64,000 bases of DNA from an uncultured Selenomonadales bacterium (GTDB lineage: Bacteria > Bacillota > Negativicutes > Selenomonadales > Selenomonadaceae), in contig CALFJE010000093.1 of assembly GCA_937877545.1 (NCBI GenBank), positions 27,519 to 91,518 of the forward strand, read 5' to 3'. The notes under the pieces are model-generated. The model worked only from the letters and a program-made list of their open reading frames with translations, had not been told where the DNA came from and ran no database searches. This document shows positions 52,583-62,689 of the stretch, one piece after another. The stretch's first letter is position 1. Each line of letters opens with the position of its first letter. The position numbers and the translations under genes are program-made.

Positions 52583-52656
52583 TAGGGATTAGGGATTAGG
52601 AATTAGGAATTAGGAATTAGGATTTTCCTACTCCCTACTACCTACTACCTACTTTA
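52583..52656. repeat. Phased heptamer arrays (TAGGGAT)x2 (TAGGAAT)x3 TAGGATT - ttcc - TACTCCC (TACTACC)x2 TACTTTA between tuf and rpsJ
   Basis: Read directly. The two arms are partly complementary with periodic mismatches. Confidence 0.9.
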
Positions 52657-52737
52657 TCAGCAACAGCGGCCGGCAATCAGTTCTTGGGCTGACTACCGAC
52701 CGCCTCACCGATTTATTGACTGAGTGTCAACAATTTT

Positions 52738-53943
52738 TTACGCTTCAAGAATTTCGATAACACGCCCCGAACCGACCGTGTGACCGCCCTCGCGGATAGC
52801 GAAGAGCAAGCCTTTTTCGATAGCAATCGGGGTAATGAGTTCGACCGTCATTTCGATATGGTCGCCGGGCATGCACATTTCAGCCGCGTTGCCGTTGGTG
52901 TCCTTGAGGTCGCTGACGACGCCCGTAACGTCGGTGGTGCGGAAGTAGAACTGCGGGCGATAGTTGGCGAAGAACGGAGTATGACGTCCGCCCTCGTCTT
53001 TGGTAAGGACGTAAACCTGAGCCTTGAACTTCGTGTGCGGATGAATCGTGCCGGGCTTGGCGATAACCTGACCGCGCTCAATTTCCTTACGGTCGACGCC
53101 GCGCAGGAGGACACCGACGTTATCGCCGGCAACCGCGCTGTCGAGGAGCTTGCGGAACATTTCAATGCCAGTGGCAACAGTCTTGCGAGGCTCGTCACGA
53201 AGACCGACGATCTCAACAGGCTCGTTGATCTTCAACATGCCGCGCTCAACACGACCCGTGGCAACCGTGCCGCGACCGGTAATCGTGAACACGTCTTCAA
53301 CCGGCATAAGGAAGGGCTTATCGGTGTCGCGTTCGGGCGTCGGAATGTATTCGTCAACGGCGTCGAGGAGTTTAAGAATGTTTTCTTTCTGAGCGGCGTC
53401 GCCTTCGAGCGCGAGGAGAGCCGAACCCGCGATAACGGGGATGTCGTCGCCGGGGAATTCGTACTTGCTGAGCAGTTCGCGGACTTCCATCTCAACGAGT
53501 TCGAGGAGTTCGGGGTCGTCAACCTGATCAACCTTGTTAAGGAACACGACGATAGCGGGAACGCCGACCTGACGGGCAAGCAGGATATGTTCGCGAGTCT
53601 GGGGCATGGGACCGTCGGAGGCGGCAACGACGAGAATCGCGCCGTCCATCTGCGCGGCACCGGTGATCATGTTCTTAATATAGTCGGCGTGACCGGGGCA
53701 GTCGACGTGCGCATAGTGGCGTTTTTCGGTCTCATACTCAACGTGCGCGGTGTTAATCGTGATGCCGCGTTCGCGCTCTTCCGGAGCCTTATCGATGTTC
53801 TCGTAGGATTCGTATTTGGCGAAACCTTTTTCCGAGAGGATCTTAGTGATAGCCGCCGTCAAGGTGGTCTTGCCGTGGTCGATATGCCCGATAGTACCGA
53901 TGTTTACGTGGGGTTTACTGCGGTCAAATTTCTGTTTTGCCAT
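52738..53943 (-). CDS. tuf: Elongation factor Tu
   Basis: 401 aa. [22 protein letters not shown]. Confidence 0.99.
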   Translation of the reverse strand: MAKQKFDRSKPHVNIGTIGHIDHGKTTLTAAITKILSEKGFAKYESYENIDKAPEERERGITINTAHVEYETEKRHYAHVDCPGHADYIKNMITGAAQMDGAILVVAASDGPMPQTREHILLARQVGVPAIVVFLNKVDQVDDPELLELVEMEVRELLSKYEFPGDDIPVIAGSALLALEGDAAQKENILKLLDAVDEYIPTPERDTDKPFLMPVEDVFTITGRGTVATGRVERGMLKINEPVEIVGLRDEPRKTVATGIEMFRKLLDSAVAGDNVGVLLRGVDRKEIERGQVIAKPGTIHPHTKFKAQVYVLTKDEGGRHTPFFANYRPQFYFRTTDVTGVVSDLKDTNGNAAEMCMPGDHIEMTVELITPIAIEKGLLFAIREGGHTVGSGRVIEILEA

Positions 53944-53992
53944 TTAAACAAACACTCCTTAGGTTGTAAAAGATTATCCAATCATTGAGCCG

Positions 53993-56077
53993 TTAATCAA
54001 TCGGCTCTCCCTTGTATCTCGCAACGATAGCGTCCGCAATATTTTTGGGCACCTCGTCGTAGTAGGCAACTTCCATTGAGTAGGTACCGCGCCCTTGAGT
54101 TTTTGAGCGCAAGTCCGTCGAGTAGCCGAACATCTCGGACAGCGGAACGAACGCGTGGATTATCTGCAGGTTATTGCGCGGCTCCATGCCGTCAATCTTC
54201 CCGCGTCGCGAATTCAAATCGCCGATAACGTCGCCCATATAATCTTCGGGCACCGTGACCTCGACTTTGACGTAAGGCTCCAGCAACACGGGCTTAGCCT
54301 TTTCAGCCGCCGCCTTGAACGCCAACGAACCTGCGATTTTGAACGCCGCCTCGGAGCTGTCGACCTCGTGAAAACTGCCGTCGTAAACGGTCGCCTTCAC
54401 GTCGACAATCGGGAAGCCCGCCAGTACGCCGTTCTCCATGGCTTGCTTGACGCCCGCCTCAATCGGATTGATGTACTCTTTGGGAATGACGCCGCCGACG
54501 ATTTTGTTTTCAAAGACGAAGCCTGCGCCGGTCTCATTCGGCTCGATTTCAATCCAGCAGTGACCGTATTGCCCGTGTCCGCCCGTCTGACGAATGAATT
54601 TGCCTTCGCCCTTCTGCGCCTTGCGAATCGTCTCGCGGTAAGCAACTTGCGGCTCACCGACCTTGCAGTCAACGTGGAACTCTTGAAGCATACGATCAAC
54701 GATAATCTGCAAATGCAACTCGCCCATGCCCGAAATTATGACTTGCCCGGTTTCGGCGTCTGTGCGCACTTTGAAGGTCGGATCCTCCTCGGCAAGCTTT
54801 TGGAGCGCGATACCCATTTTATCCTGGTCGTTTTTGGTTGAAGGTTCGACGGCAACCGAGATAACGGGGTCGGGGAACTCCATAGACTCAAGGATAATCG
54901 GGTGCGCCTCGTCGCAAAGGGTGTCGCCGGTGGTGGTATCCTTCAAGCCGACCGCCGCCGCAATGTCGCCGCTGTAGACGGTATCGATTTCCTTGCGGTT
55001 ATTGGCGTGCATTTGGAGGATACGCCCGATGCGCTCCTTTTTGCCCTTGGTCGAGTTGTAGACGTAGGAGCCGCTTTTGAGCGAGCCGCTGTACACTCTG
55101 AAGAACGCGAGCTTGCCGACGAACGGATCGGTCATAATCTTGAACGCGAGGGCGGCAAAAGGTTCCTCGTCGCTTGCGGGACGCGAATCTTCGGAGCCGT
55201 CGGGCTTGACGCCTTCAATCGGGGGAATATCGGTGGGGGCGGGCATGTAGTCGACAATGGCGTCAAGCAACGGTTGCACGCCGCGATTGCGATAAGACGT
55301 GCCGCACGTGACGGGCGTCATTGTACAATCGAGCGTCGCCTTGCGAATGACGGCTTTAACCTCGTCGATTGTGACTTCCTCGCCGCCGAGATATTTCTCC
55401 ATAAAATCATCGTCTTGTTCCGCGCAGGCTTCCAAAAGCTTATCGCGATAATCTTCCGCCATGTCGCGCATGTCGTCGGGGATTTCAACCTCATTGGCGA
55501 CTTTGCCGAGGTCGTCCTCGTAGACAATCGCCTCCATTTTAACGAGGTCGATAATGCCTTGGAAGTTGTCCTCCGCACCTATAGGCAGTTGAATCGCAAC
55601 GGCGTTGGTATGGAGCCGGTCGCGCATCATCTGGATAACGTGGTAGAAATCCGCGCCCGTGATGTCCATTTTGTTGACGTAAGCCATACGCGGGACGTTG
55701 TAACGCTCCGCCTGCCGCCAAACGGTTTCAGTTTGTGGCTCGACGCCGCCGCGTGCCGTCAATATGGCAAGTGCGCCGTCCAATACTCTCAAAGACCTTT
55801 CGACCTCGACCGTAAAGTCAACGTGACCGGGCGTGTCGATGATATTGATTCGGTGATTCTTCCAGAAACAAGTTGTCGCCGCCGATGTTATGGTAATGCC
55901 GCGTTCTTGTTCCTGCTTCATCCAGTCCATAGTCGCCGCGCCTTCGTGCACTTCGCCGAGCTTGTGATTGACACCCGTATAAAAAAGAATCCGCTCGGTG
56001 GTGGTCGTCTTGCCGGCGTCTATGTGCGCCATGATACCGATGTTGCGAGTTTTTTCCAGTGAAAACTCTCTAGACAC
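53993..56077 (-). CDS. fusA: Elongation factor G
   Basis: 694 aa. [24 protein letters not shown]. Confidence 0.99.
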   Translation of the reverse strand: MSREFSLEKTRNIGIMAHIDAGKTTTTERILFYTGVNHKLGEVHEGAATMDWMKQEQERGITITSAATTCFWKNHRINIIDTPGHVDFTVEVERSLRVLDGALAILTARGGVEPQTETVWRQAERYNVPRMAYVNKMDITGADFYHVIQMMRDRLHTNAVAIQLPIGAEDNFQGIIDLVKMEAIVYEDDLGKVANEVEIPDDMRDMAEDYRDKLLEACAEQDDDFMEKYLGGEEVTIDEVKAVIRKATLDCTMTPVTCGTSYRNRGVQPLLDAIVDYMPAPTDIPPIEGVKPDGSEDSRPASDEEPFAALAFKIMTDPFVGKLAFFRVYSGSLKSGSYVYNSTKGKKERIGRILQMHANNRKEIDTVYSGDIAAAVGLKDTTTGDTLCDEAHPIILESMEFPDPVISVAVEPSTKNDQDKMGIALQKLAEEDPTFKVRTDAETGQVIISGMGELHLQIIVDRMLQEFHVDCKVGEPQVAYRETIRKAQKGEGKFIRQTGGHGQYGHCWIEIEPNETGAGFVFENKIVGGVIPKEYINPIEAGVKQAMENGVLAGFPIVDVKATVYDGSFHEVDSSEAAFKIAGSLAFKAAAEKAKPVLLEPYVKVEVTVPEDYMGDVIGDLNSRRGKIDGMEPRNNLQIIHAFVPLSEMFGYSTDLRSKTQGRGTYSMEVAYYDEVPKNIADAIVARYKGEPID

Positions 56078-56089
56078 GAAACTTGCTCC

Positions 56090-56639
<550 letters not shown>

Positions 56640-57023
56640 TTACTTTTTCTTCGCCTTAGCTTTCTTTGCGCCGTATTTTGAACGCGCTTGCTTGCGGTCT
56701 TGAACGCCGGCGGTATCGAGGGAGCCGCGAATGATATGGTAGCGAACACCCGGCAAATCCTTGACGCGCCCGCCGCGAATTAAAACAACGCTATGCTCCT
56801 GCAGATTATGCCCTATGCCGGGGATATATGCAGTGACTTCGATAGCGTTGGTCAAGCGGACACGTGCGACCTTACGAAGTGCCGAATTCGGTTTCTTGGG
56901 CGTCGTCGTGTATACGCGAGTGCACACGCCGCGTTTCTGCGGGCACTCCTTCAGAGCCGGAGCGGTGGATTTCTCCTCCAACATCTGACGACCTTTCCTT
57001 ACCAATTGGTTTATGGTTGGCAT
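56640..57023 (-). CDS. rpsL: Ribosomal protein uS12
   Basis: [12 protein letters not shown]....[12 protein letters not shown]. Confidence 0.98.
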   Translation of the reverse strand: MPTINQLVRKGRQMLEEKSTAPALKECPQKRGVCTRVYTTTPKKPNSALRKVARVRLTNAIEVTAYIPGIGHNLQEHSVVLIRGGRVKDLPGVRYHIIRGSLDTAGVQDRKQARSKYGAKKAKAKKK

Positions 57024-57070
57024 GCGCCCACCTCCTTCCGATTTATTGATGCCTGTTTAAAAGCGGCGTA

Positions 57071-57099
57071 ATGTTATCATTGGCAAAAATGGCTGTCAA
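57071..57099 (-). promoter_or_regulatory. Promoter of the str operon (rpsL)
   Basis: On the - strand: TTGACA (57099-57094), 17-nt spacer, TAACAT (57076-57071). Confidence 0.6.
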
Positions 57100-57139
57100 G
57101 CGCGCCATTACGCGACCTTTTAACGCAACTTTTCTCAGC

Positions 57140-57171
57140 AAAAAAACGCTGTCCGCCGCCGACAAACCGCG
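57140..57171 (-). terminator. Rho-independent terminator-like hairpin upstream of the rpsL promoter
   Basis: On the - strand: CGCGGTTTGTC-ggcggcg-GACAGCG followed by T7. Confidence 0.55.
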
Positions 57172-57393
57172 CCGTTACGCCAAAGTCTCGCGCCTCGATT
57201 CGTAAGCGGGGGAGGAAGGATTTCTATAGGTGTTTATCGGCGTCAATGCTTAACTGAAACCTGCGGAGCCGAAAAGCCGTTGTTCGCCATCTGACAGCAG
57301 TTGTTTGCTTGCCTGTGAAAATGTTCACTCTGCGCGGCGGCGAAATGCAAGATTACCTTCGGTCATGCCGATTCACCTTTATTTTCAGACAGT

Positions 57394-57426
57394 AAAAAAA
57401 TCTCCCCGCCCTCACGAGCGAAGAGA
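57394..57426 (-). terminator. aspS terminator
   Basis: On the - strand: TCTCTTCGC-tcgtgag-GGCGGGGAGA (two G-U pairs) followed by T7. Confidence 0.7.
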
Positions 57427-57437
57427 CCGATTATAAG

Positions 57438-59222
57438 TTACTTTTTCTTGACGGCGGTTTTTATGTAAAGCTCACGAAGTTGCTTTTCGTCGACTTCGCC
57501 GGGCGCGTGGCTCATCGGGTCAATCGCGCTCTGCGTCTTCGGGAAGGCTATCACGTCGCGAATCGATTTGCGCTTAGCCATAAGCATTACCAGGCGGTCA
57601 AGTCCGAATGCTATTCCGCCGTGCGGAGGCGTGCCGTATTCAAACGCGTCCATAAGGAAACCGAACTTCGCATGAGCCTCCTCAGCCGTCAAGCCGATAG
57701 CCTCAAAGACTTTCTCCTGAACGTCGCGGCGATATATGCGCAAACTGCCGCCGCCGACTTCCACGCCGTTTAAAACTATGTCGTAGGCGTTCGCCTTAAC
57801 CTTGTCGGGCGCGGTCAGCAGTAAGTCAATATCCTCCTCACGCGGCGACGTAAACGGGTGGTGCATTGCCTTGTAACGTTTGTCCTCCTCGACGTACTCG
57901 AACATCGGGAAATCCACTACCCACAGGAAGCAAAGCTTGTTCGGGTCGATTAAGCCTCTGCGCCGCGCCATTTCCAAACGTAATTCGCCCAAAGCTTGAG
58001 CCACGACCGACGGCTTGTCTCCGACGACCAACAGCAAATCGCCCGTCTCGCAACCCGTGGCTTTCTTGACAGCCTCGAACGTCTCCTCGCTGTAAAATTT
58101 CTTGAACGGCGATTTGACGCCCTCCGCCGAATATTGAATCCACGCCAAACCTTTAGCCCCGTAAGTCTTGACGTACTCAACCAAACCGTCAAGCTCCCTG
58201 CGCGGAATGTCCGCGTAGCCTTCGACGCGGATAACCTTAATCTGCCCGTTGTTTTCGAGGACGCTGTTAAAGACTTTGAACTCCGAACCCTTGACCAGCT
58301 CCGAAATGTCTTGAAGCTCCATACCGAATCGCATATCGGGCTTGTCGGAACCGAAACGCCGCATTGCCTCCTCCCAACTCATGCGCTCAAACGGCGTCTT
58401 AACCTCAACGTCGAGCGTCGCCTCAAAGATTTGCTTGATAAGCCCCTCCATGAGCGTGAGGATTTGGTCTTGATTGAGGAACGACGTTTCTATATCGAGT
58501 TGCGTGAATTCGGGCTGCCTGTCTGCGCGGAGGTCTTCGTCGCGGAAACAGCGCACGATTTGGAAATACTTTTCAAAGCCCGAAACCATAAGCAACTGCT
58601 TGAAGATTTGCGGCGATTGCGGCAGGGCGTAGAATTGCCCCGGATTGAGGCGGCTCGGTACCAAAAAGTCGCGGGCACCTTCGGGCGTCGAGCGGCAAAG
58701 CATCGGCGTTTCGATCTCAAGGAAGCCGTTGGCGTCGAGGTAGTCGCGCATAATCTTCGTAACGCGGTGGCGCAACATGATATTGCGTTGCATTTCGGGG
58801 CGGCGCAGGTCAAGATAGCGATAGCGCAAGCGAACGTTTTCGTCCGCGTCCACGCCGTCCTGAATGTAAAACGGCGGAGTCTTTGCCTTGTTGAGTATCC
58901 TAAGCTCGGCGACGAGAATCTCAATTTCGCCGGTCGCCATTTTCGGATTGATTGTATCTTCCGAACGCGCACGAACGGAGCCGCGCACGCCGATAACAAA
59001 TTCGTTGCGGAGCGTCTCAGCCTTGGCGAAGTCAAGCCCCTCGGTCGAGCCGTCGAAGACAATCTGAACTATGCCGCTCCTGTCGCGCATATCGACGAAG
59101 ATTAAGCCGCCGTGGTCGCGCCGACGCGATACCCAGCCCGCGAGCTGTACCTCCTTGCCCACGTCTGTGATTCGGAGTTCGCCGCATTGCGCCGTTCGCT
59201 CCATGCCTGTCAATGTTTCCAA
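57438..59222 (-). CDS. aspS: Aspartyl-tRNA synthetase
   Basis: Class II motifs (FRDEDLRADRQPEFTQLD, GGGSLRIY..., GLDRLVM). TTG 59222, 7 nt after AAGGAGG, is preferred (ATG 59204 or 59249 possible). Confidence 0.95.
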   Translation of the reverse strand: METLTGMERTAQCGELRITDVGKEVQLAGWVSRRRDHGGLIFVDMRDRSGIVQIVFDGSTEGLDFAKAETLRNEFVIGVRGSVRARSEDTINPKMATGEIEILVAELRILNKAKTPPFYIQDGVDADENVRLRYRYLDLRRPEMQRNIMLRHRVTKIMRDYLDANGFLEIETPMLCRSTPEGARDFLVPSRLNPGQFYALPQSPQIFKQLLMVSGFEKYFQIVRCFRDEDLRADRQPEFTQLDIETSFLNQDQILTLMEGLIKQIFEATLDVEVKTPFERMSWEEAMRRFGSDKPDMRFGMELQDISELVKGSEFKVFNSVLENNGQIKVIRVEGYADIPRRELDGLVEYVKTYGAKGLAWIQYSAEGVKSPFKKFYSEETFEAVKKATGCETGDLLLVVGDKPSVVAQALGELRLEMARRRGLIDPNKLCFLWVVDFPMFEYVEEDKRYKAMHHPFTSPREEDIDLLLTAPDKVKANAYDIVLNGVEVGGGSLRIYRRDVQEKVFEAIGLTAEEAHAKFGFLMDAFEYGTPPHGGIAFGLDRLVMLMAKRKSIRDVIAFPKTQSAIDPMSHAPGEVDEKQLRELYIKTAVKKK

Positions 59223-59335
59223 ATTTATTACCTCCTTAAAGTCAAACAATCATAATTAACGGCGGGCGTCCTGTCAACCATTGCCAAAGCCCGTCGCGTG
59301 TTATAAAGTACCGCAAAAACTTTGGAGGGCTGATT

Positions 59336-60409
59336 ATGAATTCTACTCCGTTCAGCGATAAGCCGTGGCGTCCGTTTTTTATCAGAGATTTATTTGAAGT
59401 GTTTTTGCCTTCGGGCGACACGCAAGCCGATAAATGCGAGCCGGGCGATATTCCATTAGTTTCGGCGGGTTCAAGCAATAACGGCGTTTGCAAGCTCATA
59501 AAGTGTGGCGACGAAAAATCCAAACTCTATGACGGCAACCTCATCAGTGTCGACATGTTCGGGCAAGCCTTTTTCCACCCTTACAAATTTTATTGCGTGT
59601 CGCATGGCAGAGTTAATCTTTTGCAGCCGCGCCGCGATTTGAATCGATACCACTTTATGTTTATTTGCACGTCGATAAACACCGCGACTAAGGGAAAGTT
59701 TTCCTATAATCAAATGTGCTCCAGCAAGCGAATTGCGCGGTTGCCCATTCAACTTCCCGTCGACGAGAGTGGCAAGCCCGATTATGACTACATGGAGACT
59801 TACACGCGTCGAATCGAGACGGAACAGATTGAACGGTATCGTGAATTCGTTTCTATCGCCGACGCCGCGCAGGTTCCGCCGCTCAATCAAAAGCGTTGGA
59901 GACCGTTCATTATCGGCGAGCTGTTCAGATTGGAGGCGGGCAAGTCCAAGGGCTTGAATCATCTGGAGGAAGACGAGCAAGGCGTTCCGTACCTTGGCGC
60001 GACCAATCGCAACAACGGCGTGCTGACGTTCGTGCGTCCCGTCGAAAGTTTGATTCAGCGCGGCAACCGCATAGCGTTCATACGCAACGGCGAGGGCTCA
60101 ATCGGCTATTCCGTCTACAAGCGCGAGGATTTCATTGCCACGAGCGACATCACCTGCGGCTACGCTGACTTCCTGAACGAATACGTCGGGCTGTTCATTA
60201 CGACGGTAGCGGATAAGGTTCGCGGCAAGTACAGCTTCAATTACAAGCGGAGCGATACGCGTCTGCGGAACGAACGGCTTATGTTACCCGTGAACGACGA
60301 CGTCGAGCCTGATTTTGATTACATGGAGGCTTACGTGCGCAACGAGACTGCAAAGATTTATCGGCGGTATTTGGCTTACGTCGACGAACAAAAACAGGAC
60401 GAGCTCTGA
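59336..60409 (+). CDS. Type I restriction-modification specificity subunit (HsdS)-like protein, orphan
   Basis: 357 aa built of two homologous halves (WRPFFIRDLF..NNGV..KGKFSYN..LP....PDYDYMETY and WRPFIIGELF..NNGV..RGKYSFN..LP....PDFDYMEAY), as in two-TRD S subunits. No hsdM/hsdR in the window. Confidence 0.5.
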   Translation: MNSTPFSDKPWRPFFIRDLFEVFLPSGDTQADKCEPGDIPLVSAGSSNNGVCKLIKCGDEKSKLYDGNLISVDMFGQAFFHPYKFYCVSHGRVNLLQPRRDLNRYHFMFICTSINTATKGKFSYNQMCSSKRIARLPIQLPVDESGKPDYDYMETYTRRIETEQIERYREFVSIADAAQVPPLNQKRWRPFIIGELFRLEAGKSKGLNHLEEDEQGVPYLGATNRNNGVLTFVRPVESLIQRGNRIAFIRNGEGSIGYSVYKREDFIATSDITCGYADFLNEYVGLFITTVADKVRGKYSFNYKRSDTRLRNERLMLPVNDDVEPDFDYMEAYVRNETAKIYRRYLAYVDEQKQDEL

Positions 60410-60441
60410 AGCCCGTCCCGTTCTTGTGCTTACGGAAAGGA

Positions 60442-60708
60442 TTATTTGCGGAGATTCAACTGCGCGATAAGTTCGCGGTAACGATTGATGTCCTTTTTGT
60501 TGAGGTAGTTCAAGAGGCGGCGGCGTTGCCCGACCATCTTCAACAACCCGCGGCGGGAATGATGATCCTTCTTGTGTTGCTTGAGGTGTTCGGTCAAGTA
60601 GGAAATACGCGCCGTGAGCAATGCGACTTGAACTTCGGGCGAGCCGGTGTCGCCTTCGTGCATCGCGAATTTGTCCATAATCTCCTGTTTTGCCTGCTTG
60701 TCTAACAT
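60442..60708 (-). CDS. rpsO: Ribosomal protein uS15
   Basis: ..[39 protein letters not shown]. Confidence 0.97.
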   Translation of the reverse strand: MLDKQAKQEIMDKFAMHEGDTGSPEVQVALLTARISYLTEHLKQHKKDHHSRRGLLKMVGQRRRLLNYLNKKDINRYRELIAQLNLRK

Positions 60709-60820
60709 GTCATGTCCTCCTGCGTTTAAGTTTTGTCCGTCAGCTCCAGTTCGCGTCGGAGTGTCGCCGAACCGCGCCGAGGTTAAGATTGACGCAGTTT
60801 AACACAACAATAAATCGGCG

Positions 60821-61513
60821 TCAAGTCAAGGCGGGGTCTTTTGCGTCGTTGAGTTCAAAAGCCCGCGCTCTGTCAATACAGGTGGCGCATTGCCCGCAAG
60901 GAACTTCGCCGCGTTCGTAACAGCTCCACGTCAGGTGATAGGGCGCACCCAGCTCCAAACCGACCTTGACGACGGCGGCTTTGCTTTGACCGAGGAAGGG
61001 CGCGACGAGCTTAATTTTTTCATAGGTACCGATACGAATCGCCGCGCTCATGGCGGCAACGAAATCTGCGCGGCAATCGGCGTAGGCAAAAGCAGCGGCG
61101 TCGTCAGCGTGCACACCGATATAAACCGCGACGCTTGAATCGTCGTAAAGTCCGTCCGCGAAACTTGCCGCCATAGAGAGCATAAGCCCGTTGCGGAAGG
61201 GGACATAGGTCGAAATGCGCGGCGAGTTACCTTGCTTAATCTGCGCGGCGTAGGAGCCTTTATCGAGCGGGGCGTCGGAAGTGTTAAGCAACGCGGAATG
61301 CGACAGGCGGAAGACTTCCGAGGCGTCCAATTCGTAGTGGGCGACGTTGTAAAATTTGGCGACGTTTTGAGCCGCCTCCAGCTCTTTGGCGTGACGTTGC
61401 CCGTAAAAAACGGAAAGCGTCGACACGTCCGCCGCGCCGAATTTTTTAACCGCCAAAGCCAAACATGTCGTCGAATCAAGTCCGCCGCTTGAGAGTACCA
61501 GTGCCTTAGCCAT
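60821..61513 (-). CDS. queC: 7-cyano-7-deazaguanine synthase
   Basis: MAKALVLSSGGLDSTTCL (PP-loop), C-terminal zinc Cys cluster CYE..CGQCATC. The track's N-terminal extension to 61714 is rejected. Confidence 0.9.
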   Translation of the reverse strand: MAKALVLSSGGLDSTTCLALAVKKFGAADVSTLSVFYGQRHAKELEAAQNVAKFYNVAHYELDASEVFRLSHSALLNTSDAPLDKGSYAAQIKQGNSPRISTYVPFRNGLMLSMAASFADGLYDDSSVAVYIGVHADDAAAFAYADCRADFVAAMSAAIRIGTYEKIKLVAPFLGQSKAAVVKVGLELGAPYHLTWSCYERGEVPCGQCATCIDRARAFELNDAKDPALT

Positions 61514-61778
61514 TTGCCGCCTCGAAAACTTTCTTGACGTTGGCGCGGCATTCTTCGTAAGTTTCGCCGGGGTGCGCCTCGTAGATTTTATTGCCGTCAA
61601 CGTACATGGTGGGGACGTAGTAATAATCGGCGAACTTGCCGGCGAGCTTGGGCTGAGTATTTTCGTCGATAACCTCAATGTCGGCGGGCGGATAATTTTG
61701 TTTAAGTTCGTCAATCGCTCTGAAAGCCGCCGCGCAGTAGGGACAGCCCTCCATTTTAATCAGTGTGATTTTTTTCAT
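61506..61778 (-). CDS. Thioredoxin/glutaredoxin-fold protein (CPYC motif)
   Basis: 90 aa. MKKITLIKMEGCPYCAAA... Overlaps the queC start by 8 nt. Confidence 0.75.
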   Translation of the reverse strand: MKKITLIKMEGCPYCAAAFRAIDELKQNYPPADIEVIDENTQPKLAGKFADYYYVPTMYVDGNKIYEAHPGETYEECRANVKKVFEAANG

Positions 61779-61787
61779 GATAACCTC

Positions 61788-62660
61788 CTAACTTGCAAGA
61801 ACCTCCGCGCCGTTTTCGGTGATAAGAATCGTCTTTTCCCATTGCGCCGACAAACTGCCGTCTTTGGTGCGAACAGTCCAATGGTCGTCCTCGTCGACAA
61901 TAACCTTGTAATCGCCCGCGTTAATCATCGGCTCGACGGTAAGCACAATGCCCGGTACCATAAGCATACCCGTTTCCGCCTTGCAATCGTGACTGACGAA
62001 CGGCTCCAAATGGAATTGCTTGCCTACGCCGTGCCCGCCCAAATCCGTGACGACCGAGTAGCCGTTATCGTGCGCCATCTTGCCGCAAGCCGCGCCTATG
62101 TCGCCTACGAAATGCCACGCCTTAGCCGCCGCAATGCCCGCCTCCATGATGTCGTGCGTCGTGTCGATAAGGTGTTGAGCTTCGGGCGAAATGTCGCCGA
62201 CGGTGTACATGCGCGAGGCGTCGGCAAAGTAGCCGTCCAGGTCGGTGGTAATGTCAATGTTGAGTATGTCGCCCGCCTTGAGAATCTCCTTGCGCGAGGG
62301 GATACCGTGGCAGACGACGTTGTTGACGGAAATGCAAATGCTCTTTGGAAAGCCCTCAAAGCCGAGGCAACTGGGGTGTGCGCCGTGACTTACAATGAAC
62401 TCATGCGCGGCATTGTTCAGCGTCAAGGTATCGACGCCCTCTTTAACCAGCTCGTTCATCAAGTCCAATGCGCCCGTGTTGATAACCGCCGCCCGCTTAA
62501 TGCCCTCAATATCCGCCGCAGTGTTAATCAGACGTTTGGGCGGACGGACTTGCTGTTTAGCCTTGATAAATTTTATCTCGTCAATCCGTGCGTCAAAGTC
62601 GGCGTGGCATTTCTTGTACTTTTTGCCTGAGCCGCACCAACACGGGTCGTTTCGTTTCAT
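61788..62660 (-). CDS. map: Type I methionine aminopeptidase with an N-terminal SEC-C zinc motif
   Basis: MKRNDPCWCGSGKKYKKCH, then the MetAP core (..HGIPS..DITTD..GHGVGKQFH..TVEPMI..WEKTILIT). ATG 62660 after AAGGAG. Confidence 0.92.
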   Translation of the reverse strand: MKRNDPCWCGSGKKYKKCHADFDARIDEIKFIKAKQQVRPPKRLINTAADIEGIKRAAVINTGALDLMNELVKEGVDTLTLNNAAHEFIVSHGAHPSCLGFEGFPKSICISVNNVVCHGIPSRKEILKAGDILNIDITTDLDGYFADASRMYTVGDISPEAQHLIDTTHDIMEAGIAAAKAWHFVGDIGAACGKMAHDNGYSVVTDLGGHGVGKQFHLEPFVSHDCKAETGMLMVPGIVLTVEPMINAGDYKVIVDEDDHWTVRTKDGSLSAQWEKTILITENGAEVLAS

Positions 62661-62689
62661 ATGTCGCAACATCTCCTTGAAAAACCGTA

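Noticed and set aside
61514-61714. N-terminal extension of queC in the track ORF (start 61714)
   Set aside because: The extension is a Ser/Thr/Pro-rich shadow of the thioredoxin-like gene. The PP-loop N-terminus MAKALVLSSGGLDS starts at 61513.
61506-61800. preQ1 riboswitch upstream of queC
   Set aside because: queC overlaps the upstream thioredoxin-like ORF, which itself starts 9 nt after map. There is no leader long enough to hold a riboswitch.
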